Source: Candidatus Thorarchaeota archaeon
GTDB taxonomy: Archaea > Asgardarchaeota > Heimdallarchaeia > Hodarchaeales > Hodarchaeaceae
Assembly (NCBI GenBank): GCA_048882505.1
Contig: JBHLRO010000006.1
Span: 30,001-62,000, forward strand
Length of the DNA stretch: 32,000 bases
Direction of reading: 5' to 3'
Shown: positions 9,298-19,160 of the stretch, one piece after another
Layout of the letters: each line of letters starts with the position of its first letter
Numbering within the stretch: the stretch's first letter is position 1
Notes under the pieces: model-generated
Seen by the model: the letters and a program-made list of their open reading frames with translations, nothing else
What the model was told of the DNA's origin: nothing
The model's database searches: none
Translations under genes and position numbers: made by a program

Positions 9298-12204
9298 TTA
9301 TTCTGCTTTCAAGATGTGGCTAATGTCCCGCTTCGATGCCAGATAGGCAGGAACCAGGCTACCGATGCTTGCGATTCCAACTACACCTAGGATTAAGGTA
9401 CTTAGGAATTCCAAGGGTAAATCTAGAACAAACGGGACATTTTGGAACCCTACCGTAAATAGACGTAGAACTATCGTGGAATAGAATAGGCCCGTTATAA
9501 GTCCGATAACCACTCCAAACACCATAACCAATCCTCCTTCTAATATAAAAGATAATGCGAGTTGACTGCGTGTCATGCCTAGTGCTCTCTCAACTCCAAT
9601 TTCCTGATTCCGTTCAATAAGGGTAAAGAAGGCAAACATGGTTATCGAGATCACGGCTATACTGATTCCGACTATGAGATTGGAATTTAGTACCGAGAGC
9701 AGAAATCGTCGAAGAAAGGATCTCAGATAAGTTCGATATCGAAGAAGGGGAGATTCGATGTCCCAGTTCGTAGGGAGTCTGATTTGTGTGATCAATTCCG
9801 CAGGATCGGCATCAGGCTTCAAACTCATCAGATATCCACTAAACCAATATTCGGGTTCCAAGAACTGCGTCTTATTCAAGACATCGAACAGTCCTAAACT
9901 GCCCACTCCCCAATAGTAGGTAGATTCCTCGGCGATTTCAGGATCGGCATCGAGCTGAGGCCAATAGAGGAATGTGCCTATTATCCCTAAGGATATTGTC
10001 TCTGTTTCATTATCATCTGACCAGGTCAGGGGAAACTGTCTGCCGATTTGATATTTCGGGAACATTCTGGAATTTCCCTCATACAAAATGATTGAGTTAT
10101 TGTCCATGATTCCTTGCATGAGATCTGCCAAGGAGGCGCTTAAACCAAAATTATGTTCATCAAAATAAGCTGCTGATAAGAAAGTCGCGGGATCGACGAA
10201 CAGGAAAGTCATACTTGGACTAGTTTTCCCAGAAGTAAATGTTCGGATGAACGCTGAAACAGAATCAATATTATTCGACTCGCTGATCTGGGTTTTTAAT
10301 GTGTTATTAAGATAGGTGTAGTCTGAGGAAACCCGAACATCAGCACCAATCGACGAATAAGCAAACTGATAATTGAAACTATCATAGAAATAAGAAAAAC
10401 TCCCTAAAAACACGGTGTAGGTCAGGACCAGGGTAACAACTATGACCGTTCGGTTTGCAGGATACTTGTGACGCACTACATTTTTCAATGCAAATGCAGG
10501 AACGCCCCCAGAGAGCTTCCAAAGCAAGCCAGCCAAAAGCATACTCAAATAGGGAAAAACCCGCGATAAGAGAAAAATTCCCCCAATTAAAAGGAAAAAA
10601 GGGGCGGGGATAATTAGAAATGGAGCTATTTCGTACAAAAGAGCGGGTATTTGTTCCGGGCCCAGAGAAAACAAGGTAAAGATGAGGAACAATCCAGCCA
10701 GGCCGAGAGCAGTTGCCCAGATGTCCAAATAATATCGATTCCAAAAGGGAGCACGTTTTTCTACTGGATCTTCAGATCCTACGATTGACATCCGAGCAAG
10801 ACGGATTATGGTAAAAAAATGGGAGACAACCGCAAGTATAATTCCCCAAAATACCAAATCTTGAATACTTCTTTCTGAAACTCGTACCTCGCGCTCCTCG
10901 CCGATAAAATTGAAGAGATCGACCGATCTGACGGTTATTCCTGTTAATAGATATCCCAGGATGAGTCCACCAACCATGGCAAACAGAATGCCCACCAGGG
11001 TCTCCCCGAGCAGCCCCATCAAAACCTGCCAAGACGTCCCACCCCGAGTTTTTATGATACCGATTTGTTTTTGTCGTTGTCGTCTAATCAGTCCGTATGA
11101 ATAAACAACCAAATAAAGGGCAACCCCGAGCATGGGTATGGTGAAGACAAAGAATAGTGCTCCATACATCGAAATGGCATATCTAACTTGCGTCAATCGA
11201 GCTCTAAAGCGGTCTAAAAAACTGATTTCAAAGCCACTTCCGCCGAAACTCTCTTCAAGAGTAAGTTTGAACTTTTGAACCCTGATAATTTCTTCATCTA
11301 TCGCAAAAGCGTCAATCTGAGTATAATCCAGGAAAAGTTTCCCCTTAGCTGCACCTCGAATCTTGAGGGACCCATTTGTAGGATTAAGATGATCGACTAG
11401 AGCGGTAACCAGCTGGGGGGAGGTGACAAGGAAATTGAGGGAATATTCAAAATCCCCCCTTTCCTCCCTAAAATAGTTATATATCAAGATAGTTGAAAGA
11501 TCAGGAGGAGTGGGATTATTCCACGGGATTTCCTGATATTCTAAAACCCCCACGACTGTTAGCGTCACGTTATGAGAAACGGGGAGCCCTGCAGATGGAG
11601 ATAAGCTGATTTTGAAGTGCTGACCGATTTGTACCCCAGAAGGATAAAGCTTCTCCCAACGTGGACCCCATTGGAAGCCATCACCTCCCATATAATTGAC
11701 AAAAACGATTTCGCTATAGTTTTGGGGCCAGCGGCCCTTGAGGAACGATTGGACCTGGGATCTAAACTCTTGGTCAGGGATTTCTAAAGCTAGATCATAA
11801 GCAATTTCCTCCCCAGTTTGATTCTGGTAAAATAAATTAAAAACGTCAATGGTCGAATGCCAATACTGTTGGCGTAGATACCTTTGATAATTTGCATCGA
11901 CAAGGGAATGGGTGGTCAAATCGCGTAATCCTGTAGTATTTGTCCAGGTACTAATCTCCGGTGGCGAGGATCGGGTCGCTTGGATCCGAAGATCACCGAT
12001 AAGATGGCCTCTTTCGCTCCAACCAAAGCTGGCCTCGGAAAAAAAATCTTGGCGGAATGAATTCAGTAACATAGTATCTTCTGAAATCACAGATAAAGCG
12101 ATGATCAATCCGATGAGTGAGACTAGGACAGCTTTCCAACTCCCTCGAACAAAATCTGCTGTAAAAGAAATATGATCCATGAATCGTGAAAGATTCCACC
12201 TCAT
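9298..12204 (-). CDS. FtsX/MacB-type ABC transporter permease with two FtsX modules
   Basis: RQKQIGIIKTRGGT and RNQEIGVERALGMTRSQL FtsX motifs; two large extracellular loops with many N-x-S/T sequons. Confidence 0.9.
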   Translation of the reverse strand: MRWNLSRFMDHISFTADFVRGSWKAVLVSLIGLIIALSVISEDTMLLNSFRQDFFSEASFGWSERGHLIGDLRIQATRSSPPEISTWTNTTGLRDLTTHSLVDANYQRYLRQQYWHSTIDVFNLFYQNQTGEEIAYDLALEIPDQEFRSQVQSFLKGRWPQNYSEIVFVNYMGGDGFQWGPRWEKLYPSGVQIGQHFKISLSPSAGLPVSHNVTLTVVGVLEYQEIPWNNPTPPDLSTILIYNYFREERGDFEYSLNFLVTSPQLVTALVDHLNPTNGSLKIRGAAKGKLFLDYTQIDAFAIDEEIIRVQKFKLTLEESFGGSGFEISFLDRFRARLTQVRYAISMYGALFFVFTIPMLGVALYLVVYSYGLIRRQRQKQIGIIKTRGGTSWQVLMGLLGETLVGILFAMVGGLILGYLLTGITVRSVDLFNFIGEEREVRVSERSIQDLVFWGIILAVVSHFFTIIRLARMSIVGSEDPVEKRAPFWNRYYLDIWATALGLAGLFLIFTLFSLGPEQIPALLYEIAPFLIIPAPFFLLIGGIFLLSRVFPYLSMLLAGLLWKLSGGVPAFALKNVVRHKYPANRTVIVVTLVLTYTVFLGSFSYFYDSFNYQFAYSSIGADVRVSSDYTYLNNTLKTQISESNNIDSVSAFIRTFTSGKTSPSMTFLFVDPATFLSAAYFDEHNFGLSASLADLMQGIMDNNSIILYEGNSRMFPKYQIGRQFPLTWSDDNETETISLGIIGTFLYWPQLDADPEIAEESTYYWGVGSLGLFDVLNKTQFLEPEYWFSGYLMSLKPDADPAELITQIRLPTNWDIESPLLRYRTYLRSFLRRFLLSVLNSNLIVGISIAVISITMFAFFTLIERNQEIGVERALGMTRSQLALSFILEGGLVMVFGVVIGLITGLFYSTIVLRLFTVGFQNVPFVLDLPLEFLSTLILGVVGIASIGSLVPAYLASKRDISHILKAE

Positions 12205-12538
12205 CCTAATCGGCCCTCTGATTTGGCTTATGACATGTGGACTTCATGTGCACCCGATTTTAGATTTTCCCGCTCTTCGGTGAATAAGACAACATTTGTT
12301 TCCTATCATCACAAGATCGGAGACCGCACCTTTCTGAACTAGTTAGCAGTACCCATAAGGCTTTATAAAACCATTCTTGTTGGAAGATAATGCTTGGATT
12401 CGCTAATGATTTTTCGCATTCCAGGCGAATAGTTTAAGCCTCACGACTCAAAATACTCCAGATGGTGTCAGAGGAAGTTCTTTATCAGGGTTGAGGTATC
12501 TTCGAGGTGCCGTGGGTGAAGAACGGAGAGTGTTGGGT

Positions 12539-14443
12539 ATGATTAAGAGAGAGTTACTGGGCAGCTTCCTACTGATCATGTTGACTCTCTTTTGGATTCA
12601 TTCCCCCTTCTTACTTGGAGACACTCAGGAAGGTCGGATTTTTCGAGATTACGAATGGTACTACGAGAATTTTACCACGGAGGATCGCAAGAAAATCCGC
12701 CAAGCATTCGATTACTCGATTCCTCGAGTTCAAATCATCGAGGATCTCCTGCAAGGTATTGGGCAGGCCGTTGCGACACCCCTGTTGGCAAATCAATTGG
12801 GATATAACTCAACCATTGTGCCCAGGGATTTGAATAAGACAAAAGCCTTAGATCTTATGGAAGAGGTCTTTGGTTTCCGGTTCAATGATTCGGTGGAAGA
12901 CCCCGAAGATGACGACAGGTATTTTCAAATGGTCCTCATTACGTTGGCTACACGCCAAGATCGGATTAAATGGGCGGCTAGTATTACGGAGGCACTTGGA
13001 GAAATCGGGGTAGAAATTTTTCTTAAATACGGGAATCGGAACGTTTTCGAACCCCGTGTTTTAGATCCAGATCCTGAAGTAGCCGGAAAAGACTATGCCC
13101 ATGGCGGGATGGATGGGTATTTCATGGGCTGGGAAGTTAACTCCGATCCCGACCTTACACCTTGGTTTTTAAAGGCCGCTCAGGCACCAAACGGGCAAAA
13201 TGCCCACTACATCGAGGATACTACCATAGAAGAGATCCTCAACCGAACATTGAGCAACCGTGACCCCCAAAAACGCTTAGATGCCCTCCAAGAATTCCAA
13301 CAATGGTTTTTCAACGAGAGTCCATTCTATATGGTACGCGAAGGGATGAACATTATCGCTTCTGATCCGGCCCTGAGAGGCGTTGACATAAGTGGGCAGT
13401 TGTATCCCAACTACGGCAACTGGAGCCATGCCAACCAAACCACTGTGACTGTCCATTCCCTGGGAAGGTTCATCGATATAAACCCCATTGTGTCCATTTC
13501 GTATTTTGATAAACTTGCTACAGCTGGGGTCTTTGAAGGGCTCCTCGGTCGGTTCCCCGGGAAAGAGGAGCCTTGGCATGGGATCCTCGCAAAAAGGTGG
13601 ACGCACAGCCCTGATGACTTGGTCTGGGAGGTATCGATTAAGGAGGGTATTCAATTCTCCAATGGGGCCAATTTAACTGTAGATGACGTGGTTTTTTCCT
13701 ATCAGCGAGTACTTGATCCTGATGTAGGATCAGCACTCCGTGGAGCGTTCACTTTCTTCAATGAAGATGCCGTGGAAAAAATCAATGCCACGGCCGCACG
13801 GTTCACGTTTAACGGGTTCTGGCCCTATGCAGAAAATTACTTGAGTCGTGTTCCGATCGTTTCCGAGGCAGAAATGAGCCAATTGAGCGATACTGGATGG
13901 GATTATGATTATATCAATTCGGAAAAGGCGCCCATAGGATCAGGACCATACAAAATAGACCCCTCTTATCTTTCAGCTCAGGAAGTTCATCTTGTCAAAA
14001 ACCTTTACTACAACGCGACCTTACGGGGACACAATCCAGAAAATGGAATCTGGTACCCAAACCCTTCGATCGACACTATTGTGGTCAAATTCTACGATAA
14101 ATTAACCACCGCAATCGGGGATCTCCAAAACGATACAGTGGACATCATTGATCCACACACATTTCTTGTCCCTTACTTGGACACCATTAATGGCAGTAGT
14201 TGGGCGAAACTGAGTCTTACCCCTGCTTATGAATTCGAAGCCCTTTTTCTTAATCATTACAGTCCCATTTGGGGATTAAATCCCGCAGATCCGTGTGAGA
14301 TGTATCCTGGATATTGTGATGATTACCCGTTTGATAGTCCGTTAATTGAGTCTTTCAATGCTTTATTAACGGGGGTACTTGTTATTTTGCTCGTTAGCTA
14401 TTTCGTTCTCGGGCTTTTTATGGTCAAAAAGCGCAGATCTTAG
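12539..14443 (+). CDS. ABC solute-binding protein, family 5 (Opp/Dpp/Nik-like), apparently circularly permuted, with C-terminal TM anchor
   Basis: Start moved to ATG 12539 (MIKRELL..., signal peptide follows). Family-5 motifs RQAFDY, LAKRW, EGIQFSNGANLTVDDVVFS and PIGSGPY are present but in swapped order. C-terminal TM plus KKRRS; many sequons. Confidence 0.85.
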   Translation: MIKRELLGSFLLIMLTLFWIHSPFLLGDTQEGRIFRDYEWYYENFTTEDRKKIRQAFDYSIPRVQIIEDLLQGIGQAVATPLLANQLGYNSTIVPRDLNKTKALDLMEEVFGFRFNDSVEDPEDDDRYFQMVLITLATRQDRIKWAASITEALGEIGVEIFLKYGNRNVFEPRVLDPDPEVAGKDYAHGGMDGYFMGWEVNSDPDLTPWFLKAAQAPNGQNAHYIEDTTIEEILNRTLSNRDPQKRLDALQEFQQWFFNESPFYMVREGMNIIASDPALRGVDISGQLYPNYGNWSHANQTTVTVHSLGRFIDINPIVSISYFDKLATAGVFEGLLGRFPGKEEPWHGILAKRWTHSPDDLVWEVSIKEGIQFSNGANLTVDDVVFSYQRVLDPDVGSALRGAFTFFNEDAVEKINATAARFTFNGFWPYAENYLSRVPIVSEAEMSQLSDTGWDYDYINSEKAPIGSGPYKIDPSYLSAQEVHLVKNLYYNATLRGHNPENGIWYPNPSIDTIVVKFYDKLTTAIGDLQNDTVDIIDPHTFLVPYLDTINGSSWAKLSLTPAYEFEALFLNHYSPIWGLNPADPCEMYPGYCDDYPFDSPLIESFNALLTGVLVILLVSYFVLGLFMVKKRRS

Positions 14444-14603
14444 GCCTTTCACCAAAATTTTTCTTTTTAATCCTCAATTTTGGTTAAAATTATCTGTGTG
14501 GGAAACCCGTGCAATAAGTCCCTCCACTTCATGAAATAGCAAAGTAGTTAGTGCAATTCCTTGCCCACAGACTTGGCCGAAAAGTTTTAGTATAAAAAAG
14601 GGA

Positions 14604-14975
14604 ATGGAAAGTATGTTGGGCATGTCAGATCTATTCCAAGAAGCTTCAAGAGTTTGGATAGTCACGTGGTTTGTTCTCACTGGTTTATTGATCACAATCT
14701 TCAATCTGTCGCTATATCTAATCGTACTTCCCTATTATTACAATCTGATTGATTTCCTATTCATGAACCTTATTACACTCGTTTTTTGGCCCTACTTGCT
14801 GTTTATCCTGTTGTTTGCTGGCGTACAGTTACTGGCTTCACTGCACTACGACCCCTTTTATATTTCTCTCTTACTCATCGTAATCGACTCAAACCTCCTC
14901 TCGTTTCTAATTATCTACATCGTTCGAGTATCTTGGGAACACCAGAAGAGGAAAAAAGGAATGATCTCTGCATAG
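14604..14975 (+). CDS. Small hypothetical membrane protein (about 3 TM)
   Basis: Hydrophobic segments and a basic tail; shares WIVxW and WPxxLF motifs with 18370-18813. Confidence 0.7.
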   Translation: MESMLGMSDLFQEASRVWIVTWFVLTGLLITIFNLSLYLIVLPYYYNLIDFLFMNLITLVFWPYLLFILLFAGVQLLASLHYDPFYISLLLIVIDSNLLSFLIIYIVRVSWEHQKRKKGMISA

Positions 14976-15218
14976 AGCTTAGAAATCCAACTTTAAGACA
15001 CTACTCATCCAATATAGATCCATTGGACACTTGGACTAAAATCTAATGTAAAGCATATTTCTATATCTTGGTCGAGCAGTCAGGCTAGGTATGATGGCTC
15101 TTTTACACATAAAGCACTATTGATCCAGGATCCTGGAGAGTCGGATCATATTACCTTTTTATCCAGTTTAACGATGATTTGAGTCTCGTTATCGAGTTTC
15201 CTCTGAGACCGATCGGCC

Positions 15219-15311
15219 GTGAAGATGCTAAAAGATGCAGGATTTGGCAAAGTAGAAGTTAAAGAAGTTGATGGTGACGCATTCAACTATTATTACATAG
15301 CTAGGAAATGG
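15219..15311 (+). pseudogene. 3' remnant of a class I SAM-dependent methyltransferase gene
   Basis: KMLKDAGFGKVEVKEVDGDAFNYYYIARK resembles the typical C-terminus of such enzymes. I see no upstream body with a SAM-binding motif. The codon after ARK is TGG, where a stop would be expected. Confidence 0.55.
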
Positions 15312-15389
15312 TATCTGATGACACGGGACGGCAAGACCAACGAAAAAGATTGGGAATGGGAATCATCGGATCTTTGTCCCCTGGTACCT

Positions 15390-16892
15390 TCAACTAGGGA
15401 AATACTCGTAATCGTTACGAACTTTAATTGAGTCCGCAATATAATTTTCAATCATTGATTTCTCAATTTTTGTTCCGAAAGAAGAATTGGCAGCCACGAT
15501 ATTCTTCCATTCCATGTAGTTTTCTTGGATTTCATTTTTGATATGGACAATTCGTTCTTCTAGCCTTGCCTGACCTAGATTTTGAACCACTGACCTAGCC
15601 TCGTCTACTTTTTCAAGTGCTTTCTCAATGTTTCCACGAATCAGCCAGATCTGTGCCTTAATGGCGAGAATTTCTGCCAATAAAGAGTTAGATTTTAGGT
15701 TGTCCGCGATTTGATACATTTCGTCTGTTAGACCATGCAGTTCGTTAATGACTTCGTCATCCTCAGCGATCTTCAGTTCAAGGATTAAGAGAGAACATAA
15801 ATTGAGATAGATGTCTATCTTTTCATAAGCAGATAAATTCTGAATTGTGAGCAATTTCTTAAAAATTGCCTGGCTTCTAGCCAGGTTCCTTACTCTTTTC
15901 CCTTGCATCGTTAGAAGTGCGTCAGTAAATTCGCAGAAATATGCAATCCTCTCCGAACGTGTCTGATTATAGAGTTCCTTTAATTGTTCGTATTGGAATT
16001 TGGCTCCATCTATATTATTCTGACTTAGCTCGATCAACGCCAAATCTTTCAGGTCGTATCCCACAGAGTGATACATTTCCGTGTCCATTCTAATTTTTTT
16101 CGCCTTAGTAATGAGTTCTGCGGCTCGTTCATTATTTCCTGCTTTGAAATAGACTCTACCCAGTACTTCATGATAACACGCAACTGCCCAGAGGGTACAT
16201 CGTTCTTCGACAACCTGTAACGCCTGCTCACCATATTTCAGTGCTTCATCAAGCTCTCCTTTTCGTAGATGGATTTCGGATAAGGTTCCATATTGACAAC
16301 ACAGATAAGGTTTCTCAGTAGTTAATGCGATTGCAATACTCTTATGAATGCTTGAAATTCCCTTTTCCAGATCTCCAATTTCACAATACATATTCCCCAT
16401 GTCATTATACAACTTGGTTAGGATGTAGGGAAGATCTGCTTTCTCTCCAATGGCAATCGCCTTTTTCATGTAGTTTATTCCATCTGAATATTTCCCTTCA
16501 GCAAGGGCACAAAATGCCCTCACTCCATACGCGGTTGCCGCCCAAACCATTCCCGCTCGGTCTTCTGGAAGCGGATTTTCTTCAATTTGCTTTAACACAC
16601 CATCAATCACCTTGGTTGCTTCAAATCCCTTGTATTCGCGGAGTAACACCCTGCTTTGGACGATTTTCAACATCAGGTTTTCGAATGGCGGTAATTCTCC
16701 ATACTCTCTGTTAATTATAGGTGCAATGAGACTCCGTACTGTTGTTAAATCTCCGTGTAGAATTGTGAAAAATGCGTCATAGATATCGCCCTTTATTTGG
16801 TTTTGTTTCTTCAGCTCCTCTATTCGGTCATATGCTTGATTAATATTTCCCCCCCAAAAATCGGAAAAGATGTGATATTCCAACTTCATCAT
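15390..16892 (-). CDS. Tetratricopeptide-repeat protein
   Basis: Consecutive TPR-like helical pairs (LYNDMGNMYCEIGDLEKGISSI, YGTLSEIHLRKGELDEALKYGEQAL, VLGRVYFKAGNNERAAELITKA). Confidence 0.85.
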   Translation of the reverse strand: MMKLEYHIFSDFWGGNINQAYDRIEELKKQNQIKGDIYDAFFTILHGDLTTVRSLIAPIINREYGELPPFENLMLKIVQSRVLLREYKGFEATKVIDGVLKQIEENPLPEDRAGMVWAATAYGVRAFCALAEGKYSDGINYMKKAIAIGEKADLPYILTKLYNDMGNMYCEIGDLEKGISSIHKSIAIALTTEKPYLCCQYGTLSEIHLRKGELDEALKYGEQALQVVEERCTLWAVACYHEVLGRVYFKAGNNERAAELITKAKKIRMDTEMYHSVGYDLKDLALIELSQNNIDGAKFQYEQLKELYNQTRSERIAYFCEFTDALLTMQGKRVRNLARSQAIFKKLLTIQNLSAYEKIDIYLNLCSLLILELKIAEDDEVINELHGLTDEMYQIADNLKSNSLLAEILAIKAQIWLIRGNIEKALEKVDEARSVVQNLGQARLEERIVHIKNEIQENYMEWKNIVAANSSFGTKIEKSMIENYIADSIKVRNDYEYFPS

Positions 16893-17407
16893 TCTCCCAT
16901 ATTGAATTCTATTGCATGAAATTAACTAATGAGTACTTCTTCTTCCTTATTTGATGAAAGAGTAATGACTTAGGAAGAATTATATGTCAATAAAATTATT
17001 ATTCATTCTTATCTGAACTTCGTAATTAGATCACGATTAGTTCGCCTCTTCATGAAAACTTTTCAAATCGGATGAAAGGCTCGGGGTTCTGGCTGGTGTC
17101 GGAACTACGGCGCAAGAATTTGCAACCTCCAATAACGCTGGGAAAAGTTGGTGTGCGGACGGGTTGGGAGATAAACAAAGTTACTCCGCGACATGAATTC
17201 AAAGCGTTTTCAACAGCTTCCGATAAAAACCGTTTTTAGCAAAGCATATGGATGAAAAAAGGTGATAGCTAGAGGAGAACGAAAAACAGTCTATCCTGGG
17301 CCTCGCAGGGTTATGGTAGAGCTAATGGGAAAAAATGCTAAACTGCGGCCCGTGATTATTGATTTGTTTCCATAGTTAAATCCAATTCCTTCCTATTAGG
17401 AAGTAAA

Positions 17408-18037
17408 TTGGTAAAGGTTTTTGAAGGAGGAGAACCCCTCAAAATTGAACAGGTGGAAGAGCTGAACATAGACGAAATAATCCTCAAGATCTGCTCTATC
17501 GGTGATTACCAGGTGGGTAAAACCAGTCTTATTCACAGATATGCAGAGAATGTATTCAGTGAAGATTATTTACCTACCTTGGGGGTTGATATTACTACGA
17601 AACGTATTATTGTAGATGATACACCGATTAAATTGATTTTAATGGACACAGCAGGACAGGAACAGTTCGGTCGTATTCGTCGGTCGTATTTCCTAGGATG
17701 TGCAGGTTGTCTGATTGTCTACGATGTTACAAGGCGCGATTCTTTTGAATCTCTGGAACGATGGGTCAGAGAGTTTCGTTCCGGACAACAACGAGAGAAC
17801 AAGCCCATTGCGATTATAGGGAATAAGAACGATCTTAAGCAGGAGCGTCAGGTCGGGCGGCAGGAAGGGGAATCGTTTGCCAAGGTCATGGCAAATGTCT
17901 CCTTTTACGAATGTTCGGCGAAACTAGGGGGTCCTGAAATCCCCAGAATTTATGAAAATATTTCTCGTCAATACCTCAAATCGGTTCAATCGGGGCGGAA
18001 TAGGGGGGACAAGGAACCGACTATGGTAACCCGATGA
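17408..18037 (+). CDS. Rab-like small GTPase
   Basis: G1 GDYQVGKTS, G2 PTLG, G3 DTAGQE, G4 NKND, G5 CSAK; RabF-like LGVDI, YFLG and LIVYDVT; TTG start. Confidence 0.92.
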   Translation: MVKVFEGGEPLKIEQVEELNIDEIILKICSIGDYQVGKTSLIHRYAENVFSEDYLPTLGVDITTKRIIVDDTPIKLILMDTAGQEQFGRIRRSYFLGCAGCLIVYDVTRRDSFESLERWVREFRSGQQRENKPIAIIGNKNDLKQERQVGRQEGESFAKVMANVSFYECSAKLGGPEIPRIYENISRQYLKSVQSGRNRGDKEPTMVTR

Positions 18038-18369
18038 GACCATCGATTTCAAAGGCGGAGACTCCACGTACTACCAGCATTTTTTCGGCCGCTACACCGA
18101 GATCAGGATTGGATGGTTTCTATCACGGTTATCCGTAAAGCTACTCCCCTCTTGATTCGTTAGTTTTTATCAAATCCGCTTAAATTACCTGATTGGTTTG
18201 TTTGCTTGGAAGATGAGCAAAGCGGCTTTGGAATTGGATCGACATTCAAGGGCGTCCTGCACAGAGAGCATCCAACAAAGCTCGGTTGCTCAAAGAATTC
18301 ATCTTATGTCCTCTGCCAAGAGTACGTTGACTTTCCCCCTTAATCGATGTATCTGATCATTGAGAAATA

Positions 18370-18813
18370 TTAAGATAATTTTCTGACCTTCTTAAGAATT
18401 AAGACAAGAATAAAGGCCGTCAAACCTGAAATAAATCCGATTAAAATGATCGGTAAGTAGGATTGTGCCAATTTGGTGTAATAGATTCCAAAAATATATG
18501 GGGAAGTCGAATCGTACAGAGAACCGACCATTTCGCCTGCAATAAGCCAACCTACTGTAATTAATGCGAATAATATCACAGGCCACAAGACTGCGGAAAA
18601 TATCGAGTGAACTATACTACCATTATTGATAGAAAATGAATTCCCACTGAGACTTTCAATAGTAATTGAGTCTGCAAGACTCCAAACTGATACCGACGGT
18701 TGCGCGAGGATGAAAAAATATAATATGCCGAGTAAGTACCATATCACAATCCATAAAGGCAATACAAAACCAATAGGTCGGTATTTTATCGAAATATCTC
18801 TCTTCTCATGCAT
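18370..18813 (-). CDS. Small hypothetical membrane protein (about 3 TM)
   Basis: Hydrophobic segments and a basic C-terminus; motif similarity to 14604-14975. Confidence 0.7.
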   Translation of the reverse strand: MHEKRDISIKYRPIGFVLPLWIVIWYLLGILYFFILAQPSVSVWSLADSITIESLSGNSFSINNGSIVHSIFSAVLWPVILFALITVGWLIAGEMVGSLYDSTSPYIFGIYYTKLAQSYLPIILIGFISGLTAFILVLILKKVRKLS

Positions 18814-19160
18814 CTTGAACCCTTGAGGTAATTAACAAAAAACGGATATTTAAAGCATCCGCAAGTGTTCTTGGGCTCCCAAAGGGACTCCCTTTGAAAT
18901 CCTTGAGCTACATCTGATTTTGGAGTTTTGAACAGCTACATGTGTCCAATACGTGCAATTATGATTCAATAGTTTCCATTAGACCAATATGTCTATCCTT
19001 ACTGTGTTCAAAACATATTAGAAGGAAAATAGCTTCAATTGGGGGAAAGAAATGGACAAAGAGGGATTCCATGCCTTTTTACTTACTGGGATGAAATTGC
19101 TCCCCTCTGCATTGTTTTATTTGAGAATCTTAAAAAAATTGGACAATAAAACTAAACTAG

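Noticed and set aside
15124-15137. Perfect 14-bp palindrome TCCAGGATCCTGGA
   Set aside because: About two such palindromes are expected by chance in 32 kb (4^-7 per position), and there is no promoter context.
15219-15431. 70-aa ORF as an intact gene
   Set aside because: Only the first 30 codons look protein-like; the rest is read-through that overlaps the TPR gene end.
15390-16892. TPR protein as an RRNPP-type peptide receptor
   Set aside because: Such TPR proteins are generic, and nothing in the sequence ties this one to peptide sensing.
17075-17240. GC-richer intergenic patch, possible ncRNA or zinc-ribbon remnant
   Set aside because: I found no tRNA cloverleaf, C/D boxes, convincing stem or continuous ORF.
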